From: a virus
Taxonomy: Duplodnaviria > Caudoviricetes
IMG/VR virus record: IMGVR_UViG_3300043754_000129
Coordinates: 224,001-288,000 of that record
Reading direction: 5' to 3' (one strand)
Length of the DNA: 64,000 nucleotides
Part shown: piece after piece, positions 33,372-42,409 of the stretch
Layout of the letters: every line of letters begins with the position of its first letter
Position numbering within the stretch: position 1 is the stretch's first letter
Translations under genes and position numbers: made by a program
Notes under the pieces: generated by a model
What the model was told of the DNA's origin: nothing
What the model saw: only the letters and a program-made list of their open reading frames with translations
Databases searched by the model: none

Positions 33372-35075
33372 TTATTCCCAGCGATCGATCAGCACTTCAC
33401 GCTGGCCGAGTTCCGTCGTCACGCGCAGCAGACGTTGTTCCGTCGCCGAACGCGTGATTGCCAGACCGGCAACCTGTTCCTTCGTCGTCGCTTCGAAAGC
33501 CGCCGTGTTCGAGAACTGATTGATGACTGCCGAGTACTCGTGGAATTCCGGCTTCAGCAGCTGCGGGAACACCGCCGAGCCGACTTGACCGTGATCCACC
33601 GCCGACACGTCGTACGCGCCCGGCAACACGAAGAGGAGCTGCTCCTTCATGTGCGCGTGCTTCTGGCCACCCCACATGTGCGGCATCGGGATGAGCGAGT
33701 CCACCGGGTGCCACGAATTCGGCGTGAGGTTCCAGTTTTCAGCCGGAACCGGCAGCGGCTTCTCGGTCCAGCGGTCCTTGCCCATCTTCGCGTACGGCGA
33801 GACGTGGTTCTCGTAGAAGTACAGCACCGGCGATTCGGCAACCGCGGCCGTAGCCAGACCTGCGAAGAACTCGTGAGCCGGGACCTTGATCTCGAGCTTC
33901 AGCGCCTTCGGCAGGACTTCTTCGACGAACTTGTTCCACGACATGTTAGTACGCGGCAGGTCGATGGTGGCTTCTTGCGCAGCCGCCTTCTTTTCCTGCT
34001 TCATGTGACCGAACAGCGACGCGGTCGTTGCCACCGCTGCTGCGACTTCCTTCGGACGCCAGATGACTTCCGCTTCCGGGATGTCCGACGGCAGCGCCAG
34101 ACGACGGCGCAGCGAATCGGCGTAGCCGTTTTCCGTGAAGAACTTTTCCGCTGCTTCGATAGCGCCATCGGCCGCCGGCGCTTGCGAACGACGGTACGTG
34201 TCCGCTTGCGTGATCTTGCCGAAGCGCTTCTTGATCGCGTCGAAGTCCGCGCCCTTGTTCAGCATTTCGAGCACGTTGTCGCACACGTCCGAGTGCATCA
34301 GACCCGCCGACGCCGTCGAAGCGGCCTTCCAGACGAGGTTGTTCTGCACGTTCGTGTTCTTCGTCGCTTCACGCGCCTTCGCCAGACGGAAGAGGAACGT
34401 AGCCGGCCCCTTGATGACGTTCTGGTTTTGCAGCACGTCAGCTTCGAGGATCGTTTGCAGCTTGGTCAGGTTCGCCAGCGAGTACTCCGGCAGACCCAGA
34501 CGGTAGGTCAGCATCTTGAAGTCCTCGGCCACGATCGCGGCTTGCTGCTCCGGCGACTTATGCGGCATGAACGCGAGCATGTCACGTTCCATTTCCACGT
34601 ACATGTGGTTCCAGCCGCCCGAGACCGGTGCGCCCAAGACCATGTGCTGCGTCTTGAACGAGCCCGTCACGGTGCCCGACTCGACGATCGACTGCATGAG
34701 CGCGACGATCGAGTAGAAGAAGTTGTCCGAGTTGAAGGTCGCGGCGTCCCAGATGGCCGAGCGCAGCTTGCCTTCGTCGTCGATGTAGACGAGCGAGCCG
34801 AAGCGATCCACGAACGTGGTGCAGCAGCGGCACGTGTAGTGCTGGCGACGCGAATCCGGGAAGGCCGACAGGAAGATCTGCTTGAGATCGATCGGGCCGT
34901 CTTCGGTAGCACCCGGCACACCGCGCGCGTTCTTTGCGGTTTGAAACAGCGACTTGCCGAAGGCGCGCTTGTTCAGAAGCAGCGTCTTCTTCAGGTGTTC
35001 GACAAATGCTGCGTAATCGTTGTCATCGCCGAGCGACAGCGTGTTCGGCGTCAATGCGTTCAAAACGTTTTCCAT
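33372..35075 (-). CDS. large conserved phage protein with CxCC motif
   Basis: 567 aa, strong phage codon bias; RQHYTCRCCTTFV. Confidence 0.85.
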   Translation of the reverse strand: MENVLNALTPNTLSLGDDNDYAAFVEHLKKTLLLNKRAFGKSLFQTAKNARGVPGATEDGPIDLKQIFLSAFPDSRRQHYTCRCCTTFVDRFGSLVYIDDEGKLRSAIWDAATFNSDNFFYSIVALMQSIVESGTVTGSFKTQHMVLGAPVSGGWNHMYVEMERDMLAFMPHKSPEQQAAIVAEDFKMLTYRLGLPEYSLANLTKLQTILEADVLQNQNVIKGPATFLFRLAKAREATKNTNVQNNLVWKAASTASAGLMHSDVCDNVLEMLNKGADFDAIKKRFGKITQADTYRRSQAPAADGAIEAAEKFFTENGYADSLRRRLALPSDIPEAEVIWRPKEVAAAVATTASLFGHMKQEKKAAAQEATIDLPRTNMSWNKFVEEVLPKALKLEIKVPAHEFFAGLATAAVAESPVLYFYENHVSPYAKMGKDRWTEKPLPVPAENWNLTPNSWHPVDSLIPMPHMWGGQKHAHMKEQLLFVLPGAYDVSAVDHGQVGSAVFPQLLKPEFHEYSAVINQFSNTAAFEATTKEQVAGLAITRSATEQRLLRVTTELGQREVLIDRWE

Positions 35076-35179
35076 TTGCTTTTCTTTATCCTTCGTTGTG
35101 TTTTGGTTTTACGATACTACTGCTGCCTCTTGGCACGCCATAAGCATACCTCGAGGCAGTAATTTACTACTTTACGGCT

Positions 35180-35743
35180 TTACCACGTGTTCGGCGTGAC
35201 GGTGGCTTCCAGATACTGCTGCTGGTACATCGTGATCAGGTCGCGCAGGTTCATCAGCGTGACGTAGTACCAGCGGTCCATGAGGCCTTCTTCCGGATAC
35301 TGGTAGGCGATCTGGTCGATTTCCACCCACGGCGCATTGCCGTGTTCGTCGCGCTGGTCTTCCAGATGGACCGCCACGCGATTACGCGCTTCGAATTCCA
35401 TCGGATTGAAGCGGCTGTGGGTAGCGGCTTCCGTGTCGATTTCCGTCTCGTACGAGTATTCGCGTGCGAGGCTGTCGTGCGTGCCCATCAGGACCGGATC
35501 AGCCAGATGGTACATGACGCGCACTCGGATCTTCTGTTTGCTCATTTCCTTCTCCTTGTACCCGAATTGCTCGGGTGTGATGTAGTGGGGATTCATGACC
35601 ATGTCCTTGGGGTCAGGACGCGGTCCGTTGCAATACACCCCGATCATCTCGGGGGTGATCTCGGGTGGCTCATACCCGATCATGGCGATGCGCGCCTGTG
35701 CACGCACCCAATCTTCGTCAGGCGGAATCCAGTACTCGCTCAC
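35180..35743 (-). CDS. hypothetical protein (possible internal start at MSKQK)
   Basis: GTGA overlap; internal AAGGAGAAGGAA-ATG. Confidence 0.6.
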   Translation of the reverse strand: MSEYWIPPDEDWVRAQARIAMIGYEPPEITPEMIGVYCNGPRPDPKDMVMNPHYITPEQFGYKEKEMSKQKIRVRVMYHLADPVLMGTHDSLAREYSYETEIDTEAATHSRFNPMEFEARNRVAVHLEDQRDEHGNAPWVEIDQIAYQYPEEGLMDRWYYVTLMNLRDLITMYQQQYLEATVTPNTW

Positions 35744-36168
35744 TGGACGTCTTCCCGGTAGAACGGCACGTTCATGAGCAGCACGTACGTGTCCTTGCTG
35801 TTCTCGCCACCGGGTGTGGCTTTGTGACACGCTTGCAGTTCATAACGCGCCAGCCTGCCGTCTTCGACGACCGTCTTCAATTCCACGTGCACGCGCTGGT
35901 TGATCGCTTCACGAATCGCATGCTCAAACTGCGAGACCACAGCGTGGGCAATCTTCAGCTTGTTGACCGGACCCGTGGCTCGTGCCTCGAGTTCGTCACC
36001 AGCCGGCGTCGTATAGAAGAAGACACCCTTATTGCACGCCACACAGGTGGTGCTAGCCGGCCCTTTGTTATCGGCGTTCGAGGCCAAGATGTTGCGAACG
36101 TATCCTTCACCGATCTGGATGGAGCCGCCGCAACGTTCGTGGGGACACGGATAGATCCTGCTGTTCAT
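35740..36168 (-). CDS. hypothetical Zn-ribbon protein
   Basis: CPHERC...CVAC. Confidence 0.7.
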   Translation of the reverse strand: MNSRIYPCPHERCGGSIQIGEGYVRNILASNADNKGPASTTCVACNKGVFFYTTPAGDELEARATGPVNKLKIAHAVVSQFEHAIREAINQRVHVELKTVVEDGRLARYELQACHKATPGGENSKDTYVLLMNVPFYREDVQ

Positions 36169-36171
36169 TTG

Positions 36172-36531
36172 TTATCCTTGGGGGAGGGGAGGGCGCTTCC
36201 AGCCGAAGCTGAGAACGTAACGACTACCGGCTTCGATCTTGGTGACACTGTGCTCTTCCAAGTCCGGCCGGAAGAACGCAATGCGCCACCAACGAAAGAG
36301 ACACTTACCACACTGGAACACCCCGCCCTTTTCCGGGCGTTTGACTTCGATGTTCAGCCGATAGTGGCGCTGACCAAAGAGCATGGGGTCTTTATGCGGG
36401 GGAATCTGGCTGCCTGTGGGGTAGGCAATCAGATGCATGTCCATCGCGAGATGGTTGGAGTTGAGCATGGTGAAGATACGGTAGCCAGTATTCTGACGAC
36501 CGTCTTCCCACTTAAACAGCTTCCGCGGCAT
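36172..36531 (-). CDS. 2OG-Fe(II) oxygenase-like (cupin) protein
   Basis: YPTGSQIPPHKD (HxD), EHSV (H), RYVLS (R) spacing of 2OG dioxygenases. Confidence 0.7.
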   Translation of the reverse strand: MPRKLFKWEDGRQNTGYRIFTMLNSNHLAMDMHLIAYPTGSQIPPHKDPMLFGQRHYRLNIEVKRPEKGGVFQCGKCLFRWWRIAFFRPDLEEHSVTKIEAGSRYVLSFGWKRPPLPQG

Positions 36532-36748
36532 GCTTGGCCTCCAGTCGCTCAAGGAGCAGGTGCAAGTCATCCAGCAAGAATTCCGGCTTCGTGATGCAGG
36601 CGGTTTCCAAGCAGTGGTAGTGTCGGGCTGCCAACTCCGGCGTATAGTCAGGCGGCGCAGGATACATCAATCGCATCGTGCGCTTGACCAACTTATCGTA
36701 GGCGTCGAGCGGGACAGCAACTGTGCGCTCGTCAGCTGGCGATGGCAT
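36512..36748 (-). CDS. hypothetical protein
   Basis: start MPSPAD after AAGGAA. Confidence 0.55.
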   Translation of the reverse strand: MPSPADERTVAVPLDAYDKLVKRTMRLMYPAPPDYTPELAARHYHCLETACITKPEFLLDDLHLLLERLEAKHAAEAV

Positions 36749-37178
36749 AGTCCGGTTCCTTTTTCTTGATGGTCTTCCAGCTGAATTGCTTCGGCTCGCC
36801 GATCGGTTCCTTGAGCAAGATCTCACCGTTGCGGTAGACCATCGCCTTATACAGCTGGAGATGCACACCACGCCGGAAACGGAAGTTAATCGCATCCCCG
36901 TTGTCGATCACATCTTCATGCAGCAGCCGGAACTTACGCAGAAGAATACCACCCAACTGCATGGGCGACTGATCCAACACATACGTCGCATCGATCAGGT
37001 TGAGCATCGCCGAACGGGCCGCGTGCTCATCTTCGAACTCCCAGCGATGGTTGTCGATGATCTCGCTGTTCGTGAAGAGGATGGCTTGCCCTTCGTTCTT
37101 GCTGATCCACCAGCACGAGCCGTTGGGGAAGAGCATCGCGATCATGAACTTCAGCTTGCCTTCTTTGGCGTCGCTCAT
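36732..37178 (-). CDS. hypothetical protein
   Basis: 148 aa. Confidence 0.7.
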   Translation of the reverse strand: MSDAKEGKLKFMIAMLFPNGSCWWISKNEGQAILFTNSEIIDNHRWEFEDEHAARSAMLNLIDATYVLDQSPMQLGGILLRKFRLLHEDVIDNGDAINFRFRRGVHLQLYKAMVYRNGEILLKEPIGEPKQFSWKTIKKKEPDYAIAS

Positions 37179-37507
37179 TTCTTTTCCTTGAAGATGAAGA
37201 TGATGTCGGGGGGATTGTTGAGCTGGCGCTTGAGCTTATACATCTGCCAAGCAAAGACCGCGATGATCAGGAACATCATCGTGCCAAAGAGGAGCGGGAC
37301 CGCCACCTCGTCGTCGATGGGGAGGTAATCGAAGAAGGGGATGAGCAGCTTACCGCCCATCGAGAGGATCAGCAACGCACCCAACCAGCCAATGGGCCAG
37401 TAGCGGCTGTTGCGAATGCGACTGGACACCTTGTGGGTGAGCATCCAGCAGTAAATACCGAGACAGAGCACACCAGCGACAAAGCGAGCAGCGTTAAGCA
37501 AAGTCAT
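37175..37507 (-). CDS. three-TM membrane protein
   Basis: three hydrophobic helices; AGGAGA RBS. Confidence 0.7.
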   Translation of the reverse strand: MTLLNAARFVAGVLCLGIYCWMLTHKVSSRIRNSRYWPIGWLGALLILSMGGKLLIPFFDYLPIDDEVAVPLLFGTMMFLIIAVFAWQMYKLKRQLNNPPDIIFIFKEKK

Positions 37508-37530
37508 GAGTTTCTCCTGAGGCTACGGGC

Positions 37531-37564
37531 AAAAAAAGAAGAGCCGTAAAGGGCTCTTCTTTTC
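37531..37564. terminator. bidirectional terminator
   Basis: AAAAAAAGAAGAGCC-GTAAA-GGGCTCTTCTTTTT. Confidence 0.8.
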
Positions 37565-37579
37565 TTCAACGCTGAATGC

Positions 37580-38020
37580 TTAGGCCTTGGCCTTCGCAGC
37601 ACGTGCACGGCGGGCTTCTTCGCCGGTATTCAGGCGACCCTTTTCCGCACCGGCCAACTGGTGCAGCATGTCGAGCAGGCGACCGACGTCGCTGATCGAG
37701 CCGATGTCCATCAGGCGATGCTGGTCTTCCATCTTGCGACCGAGCTTCATGGAGAGACGCAGGCCGAAGTAATGCACTTCACCGTTTGCGCCGTCCTTGA
37801 CGATCGGACGCAGCACGAACGAGCGGCCGTCGTGCGTGATGAACTCGTGCACGTTGTGGCCTTGCTTCCATTCCTTGAAGCCCAGGTGCTTCACAGCACC
37901 CGACATCGATTCGATGAACGGCAGGATGTCGTTCGCGTGGTGTTCCGCGTTGGCGACCGTGCCGGCGAGACCTTGACTGTCTTTACGCATCAGCGTGACT
38001 TTCGTTTCTTTGTTACCCAT
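37580..38020 (-). CDS. hypothetical protein
   Basis: 146 aa, AACCAAGGAA RBS. Confidence 0.8.
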   Translation of the reverse strand: MGNKETKVTLMRKDSQGLAGTVANAEHHANDILPFIESMSGAVKHLGFKEWKQGHNVHEFITHDGRSFVLRPIVKDGANGEVHYFGLRLSMKLGRKMEDQHRLMDIGSISDVGRLLDMLHQLAGAEKGRLNTGEEARRARAAKAKA

Positions 38021-38085
38021 CTTGTTTCAGTTCCTTGGTTTCTAGTTTAAGTGATAGGGGACCGAAGTCCCCCGGGGTGCTACTC

Positions 38086-39687
38086 TTACAGCGTGACGGC
38101 CTTCTGGAAATTCAGGCCCAGGTCACTCATCATGCCGACGAGCTTGTTCAGTTCGTCATGCGTGAATGTGGTGCCCTTGATCGCGTACGTCTTTTCCAGC
38201 AGGCCCTTGGGCGCGTGGCCACCTGCCTGGAAACCTTCTGCGCGCAGACCCTTGTACAGCTGACCGAATTCCGAGAGCGTAATCGAGATGCCCTTGATTT
38301 CGATCGACATCGACAGCAGCGGCACGAGATCGGTCAGGTTCTTCTCGACGATCGAGAGGAGCGGCGCCTGAGCCGATGCTGCTGCGGATGCTGCCGACGT
38401 TGCTGCTGCCTGTGCGGACTTGCTCATGTTTTCCTGTTCCTTCGTTTCGTTGGTTGTGGTTTGTGCTGCTGCTTGTGCAACCGGTTCCGGCTGCGCAGGC
38501 GTCTGATTGAACTGCTCGACGGCGTCCTTCAATTGCGCGTCGGTGGACACACTCGTGACCGGAGCCTGAGCGAACTTCGTACGGCTGGACGTGGGGAAGT
38601 CCGGCATCGGAATGTCCTTCAGACGGTACACGAAGTAGGAGCGACCTGCTTCCGGCTTGACTTCACGACGATCGGCGTAGCCCTTCTGCGAGAACAGCGA
38701 CATCGTGGGCGAGACAGAACCCATGGTGAGGCCGTAGTCTGCCAAGAGCAAACCGATTTCGTTGACCGTGTATTCTTCGCGGTCCGACATCACCTTCCAG
38801 ATTGCGACGTTCAAGCTGTCGCCCGGCAGAATGTCTTCGTGGGCCTTCACAGGCGGCACGGTTTCGGCTGCTTCCATTTGCGGCGGAATCGTCCAGGCAT
38901 TGGGGGTGTCCTTGACGAGATCGTGCAGCGTGGTCGGGTTGGCCACCGTGATCTGCGCGGGCGCTGCTGCCTGCGGAGCTTCTTCGGTGAACTGTGCCTT
39001 GACATCGTCCTTCGGCTGCTCCATCACCGGGCATTCGATGTGAGCCTTCAGGCGGTAGAACGTATTGCCGCCTGTGCCCTGACGATCGAACCAGCGATTC
39101 GAACGCACCATCGTGTCAAGACGGCGATCCACTGCACGGAAGTCGAGCCCGAATTCCTTCAGGATCTGAACCACTTCACGCAGCGCACGCCACTTGCGAT
39201 CACTCATCGCCTTCCAGATGCCGATGTCCACGCCTTCGTCCGCACGCACGACGCCGTTGGGGTCGACGACATGCACTTCCGGCGCCTTGAAGGCACGCAC
39301 CTTGGTCTTGCGAGCGACGGCTTCCAGATCGGTGATCTGCTTGCCACGGCGCAGCGTGTAGACCGGCTCGTCCTTGATGGTCCGCACGTCGAAGAAGCCG
39401 TTCATGTTGAGCATGAAAATCGTCGGCTTCACCGCGTCCAGATCGTTGACCCGGCCCTTCAGCTGCTGGCACACGTCGTCGCCCGTGTAACCCTTGTACG
39501 ACATCATCAACTTCACGATCGCCACGTCGATGTCATCTTCCATCGTGATCGTGGTGTCCGGCGTTTCGACCACAGTGGTCGGCAAAAAGGAATGCTTCAT
39601 TCCAAACTTACCCCGTTGATTTTGAGACTTGTACAGATTGCGAATGTCACCCATGGCATTGCCGATTGTACCGTTATCGTTCAACAT
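38086..39687 (-). CDS. protein with three tandem winged-helix-like repeats
   Basis: repeats VAIVKLM/IGIWKAMSDR/VAIWKVMSDR...V...YTL/YRL; Ala/Pro/Gln linkers; AACCAAGGAG RBS. Confidence 0.7.
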   Translation of the reverse strand: MLNDNGTIGNAMGDIRNLYKSQNQRGKFGMKHSFLPTTVVETPDTTITMEDDIDVAIVKLMMSYKGYTGDDVCQQLKGRVNDLDAVKPTIFMLNMNGFFDVRTIKDEPVYTLRRGKQITDLEAVARKTKVRAFKAPEVHVVDPNGVVRADEGVDIGIWKAMSDRKWRALREVVQILKEFGLDFRAVDRRLDTMVRSNRWFDRQGTGGNTFYRLKAHIECPVMEQPKDDVKAQFTEEAPQAAAPAQITVANPTTLHDLVKDTPNAWTIPPQMEAAETVPPVKAHEDILPGDSLNVAIWKVMSDREEYTVNEIGLLLADYGLTMGSVSPTMSLFSQKGYADRREVKPEAGRSYFVYRLKDIPMPDFPTSSRTKFAQAPVTSVSTDAQLKDAVEQFNQTPAQPEPVAQAAAQTTTNETKEQENMSKSAQAAATSAASAAASAQAPLLSIVEKNLTDLVPLLSMSIEIKGISITLSEFGQLYKGLRAEGFQAGGHAPKGLLEKTYAIKGTTFTHDELNKLVGMMSDLGLNFQKAVTL

Positions 39688-39750
39688 ACTTCTGCTCCTT
39701 GGTTTTGGTTTGTTGGTTATAGTGAGCTTCACGTTTGTGCGCTCGGGGGA

Positions 39751-39779
39751 GTTATATAAGTCTGTTTTTCTTTTGAATC
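39751..39779 (-). promoter_or_regulatory. phage-specific promoter-like motif (copy 3)
   Basis: GATTCAAAAGAAAAAACAGAC-TTATATAAC type; about 24/29 identical to copy 4. Confidence 0.7.
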
Positions 39780-39827
39780 GTGTTTTTGAGGCACCCCCAT
39801 TTTAGTTGGTTCTAGAATGTAAGTCAA

Positions 39828-39869
39828 CAGCATAAAGCCTAGGTCGCACCCTGTAGGATACGCCTAGGC
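39828..39869 (-). terminator. terminator with TTTATGCTG tail
   Basis: GCCTAGG...CCTAGGC then TTTATGCTG. Confidence 0.7.
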
Positions 39870-39894
39870 AGTAATAAAAGAATGCGGATACTAC

Positions 39895-40266
39895 TTAGTG
39901 CAACGTCGGCAGAGGATGCATGTCGCACACGAGATCGGTTTCAGGGTCGATCTCGAGGAACCGCGCGTGACGCTCGCGGCTCAAATGCGTCGGCAAGAAG
40001 TCGCTATCGCCAGCCAGGGTCACTGGCCAGATGGCAACGTAAATACCGTGAGCTTCTTTTCCGTTGATGGCGAGATCGGCCTTTTTGGCGATCACGCAAT
40101 ACTCGACACCTTTGTCTTCAAGTTCATCGTCGTCAAAATCCTCCAAGCTGAGAGTGGCATGCGTGGCGAAATGGTCAAAGCGATCAACAAGCTCTTCGCT
40201 GTCCATATGCTCCATGAGAACCTCGATGATATCGGCACCGGATTCTTCTTCAGGCATGTTCATCAT
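39895..40266 (-). CDS. acidic hypothetical protein
   Basis: start MMNMPEE after GAGG. Confidence 0.7.
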   Translation of the reverse strand: MMNMPEEESGADIIEVLMEHMDSEELVDRFDHFATHATLSLEDFDDDELEDKGVEYCVIAKKADLAINGKEAHGIYVAIWPVTLAGDSDFLPTHLSRERHARFLEIDPETDLVCDMHPLPTLH

Positions 40267-40355
40267 GCTACACCTCGTGCTGCTTTCTAAGTATGGAAAA
40301 GAAAGAAGTGTGATAACGGCATTCCCCGTCACACGATTACTCGGTTAGTCTTTTC

Positions 40356-40910
40356 CTACTCCGCTGGCCATACGCCTTTGGCCTTTTGCATGACGACGTC
40401 CAAGAGGGCACCGGCTTCCATCTCGACGCTGCGATCGGTCGGATGGTCCATCCGGAAGATCGTCTGAAGCATGTGCGAGAGGAATTCGCCCCAGAGATTG
40501 GTGCGATACGAGCCGGGTTGGTGCGCTGCCACGGCCCACAGTTTCATGTAGTACTGCATTTGCAGCGTCTGCTCACGGTCGCGCTTTTGGTCAGGAATCA
40601 CGACGTAGTGGTGCGCTTGAATACGCAGGACTTCTTTGGAGATCTTGTTCTGTGCGATGTCGCTCAACTTCATCGAAGCAGAACGCTCCGTAATCAGGCC
40701 GATGACGGTACCTGTGACTTTCTTCAAGCCCTCTTCTTCGAGCCGTACCATGAGCGTCTCATGCTGCGAGAAGCCTATGCATTGCGACAAGTCTAGCTGA
40801 TTGTCGTCCTTGTAACGAAAGCCAGCCGCCTTCGTCACATTCAGAAGTGTACTGCCCAGATGTCTCACTGAGCGATACTCCTCCGGAACATCCCCGCGTT
40901 GTAACCACAT
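40356..40910 (-). CDS. hypothetical protein
   Basis: 184 aa. Confidence 0.65.
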   Translation of the reverse strand: MWLQRGDVPEEYRSVRHLGSTLLNVTKAAGFRYKDDNQLDLSQCIGFSQHETLMVRLEEEGLKKVTGTVIGLITERSASMKLSDIAQNKISKEVLRIQAHHYVVIPDQKRDREQTLQMQYYMKLWAVAAHQPGSYRTNLWGEFLSHMLQTIFRMDHPTDRSVEMEAGALLDVVMQKAKGVWPAE

Positions 40911-40946
40911 ACCCTGCCTCTTGTCGTTGTGGGCGGTCCTTGAAAC

Positions 40947-40978
40947 AAAAAAAAAGAAGGGGGCGACCCCTTCTTTTT
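40947..40978. terminator. bidirectional terminator
   Basis: AAAAAGAAGGGG-GCGA-CCCCTTCTTTTT. Confidence 0.8.
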
Positions 40979-41017
40979 GCCGTGCTACCTCAGGTGGACC
41001 GTCTCACAAGATGCTGC

Positions 41018-41845
41018 TTACTGCGAGATCACTTCCATGATTTCACGCGCTTCGAGCACCGTGAACTCCATGCCCTTGAATGTCACGTGGATCTGGAAGG
41101 TGTTATCTTCCAGGCCCGACATCTGCGTGGCTGCATTCAGGAAACGTGCCAGCTTGAATGCCAGAAGACGCGCATCAGCCGGTTCGATCTTCACTCCGCG
41201 GATGTACGTGCTGCGCTCGACGAGACCCTGGCCCGGGAACTGTGCCGGTTCGTCAGCGTACGATTCAACGGAGCTGCCTTCCGGTTGGACTTGACCGAGC
41301 GGCGCGATGAACGGGTAGTAGCCGCTCGGCGTCCAATCACGGCGACCAATGGCTGCCATGCTGGGGCCTTGACCCATGTCAGCGCGCGGCTGGCGATACA
41401 CCCCCACGTTCGAGGGGAAGGGTGCTACCTTCAGTGCCTGGGCGCGATGGCGTTCAATGCCGTGTTCGCTATATTTGAAGCCCACCGTAATCGCGTCCAC
41501 AAAGTGCGTGAACGGCAGCTTGGGATCCACGCCGTGGGTCTGAGAGATCACCTGGACGAGCTCCGGGCAGGACTGCGTCAGCTGGAAGCGTGCCGGAGCC
41601 GTCTTGTCTTCCTGCTCGATGATCTTGATGAAACCCTGCTCGACGAGCGTCGCGAACTCTTCCTTGATTTCGTCACGCGCGGGACCGCCCATGTCGTCGG
41701 CGATCAGGTTGAGCGGTTCGAGCAGCAGGCCTTCTGCCGACGTGCTGTCCTTGTGTACCAGCGCGTAGCCGATGATCAGGAGCTTGACGCTGTTCAGATG
41801 GTTGACCGTTGCAACTGCGGCTGCTTTCGTGGTGTTCGTGTTCAT
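41018..41845 (-). CDS. hypothetical protein, possible N-terminal winged helix
   Basis: 275 aa downstream of promoter motif. Confidence 0.8.
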   Translation of the reverse strand: MNTNTTKAAAVATVNHLNSVKLLIIGYALVHKDSTSAEGLLLEPLNLIADDMGGPARDEIKEEFATLVEQGFIKIIEQEDKTAPARFQLTQSCPELVQVISQTHGVDPKLPFTHFVDAITVGFKYSEHGIERHRAQALKVAPFPSNVGVYRQPRADMGQGPSMAAIGRRDWTPSGYYPFIAPLGQVQPEGSSVESYADEPAQFPGQGLVERSTYIRGVKIEPADARLLAFKLARFLNAATQMSGLEDNTFQIHVTFKGMEFTVLEAREIMEVISQ

Positions 41846-41895
41846 GACTGTTCCTTTGGTTTGGTTTGTGAAACTACGGGATGTAGCTCACGGGT

Positions 41896-41924
41896 GTTAT
41901 ATAGGTCTGTCCTGCTTTTGAATC
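41896..41924 (-). promoter_or_regulatory. phage-specific promoter-like motif (copy 4)
   Basis: GATTCAAAAGCAGGACAGACCTATATAAC. Confidence 0.7.
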
Positions 41925-42336
41925 ACAACGCAAGCGGTTTCGCGTAAATGCCGCAGATCTTCTCGTCTTTCATCGCCAGAAAGAAAGGTCGCTTGCCTAC
42001 CTTCTCCCCGCCGTGTTCCTGGTTCACTTCGATCACACCTTCGAAGCCGTGCGTGTGCAGGCCCGGATTGGGGAACGGTCCCTTCGTATCGAAGAAGAGC
42101 ACGAGACACGGGTTCAGACTCAGCTTCATATTGAAGTCGAGCGCACCGTCTCCAAAGCGCTTGAACGATTGAAGGGCTTCATGCGTGCGCACCATCAGCA
42201 CATCGAAGAGTGCTTCCTCTTCAGCCGGCGTATGCTCCACGATCCAGTCAAAGACCTTCTCGTAGCCGTCCACGATGTTTGCTTCCGGATTGCCGGTCAA
42301 GAAACGCCAAATCCCCGTTGCGGTTTTCGTTGTCAT
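41923..42336 (-). CDS. hypothetical protein
   Basis: 137 aa. Confidence 0.7.
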   Translation of the reverse strand: MTTKTATGIWRFLTGNPEANIVDGYEKVFDWIVEHTPAEEEALFDVLMVRTHEALQSFKRFGDGALDFNMKLSLNPCLVLFFDTKGPFPNPGLHTHGFEGVIEVNQEHGGEKVGKRPFFLAMKDEKICGIYAKPLAL

Positions 42337-42362
42337 TACTTTAGTCCTGGTATTACCTGATC

Positions 42363-42390
42363 AGCATAAACGCCCGGGACCACCCCGGGC
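42363..42390 (-). terminator. terminator with TTTATGCTG tail
   Basis: GCCCGGG-GTGGT-CCCGGGC then GTTTATGCT. Confidence 0.75.
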
Positions 42391-42409
42391 ATCTATGCAC
42401 TTAAGCCAT

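Noticed and set aside
33435-35162. Long plus-strand ORFs (575 aa here; also 43424-45574, 38035-39759, 2539-3606, 5127-6137 and others)
   Set aside because: Antisense shadows of strongly codon-biased minus-strand genes in GC-rich DNA; no RBS, and low-complexity R/V/L/H composition
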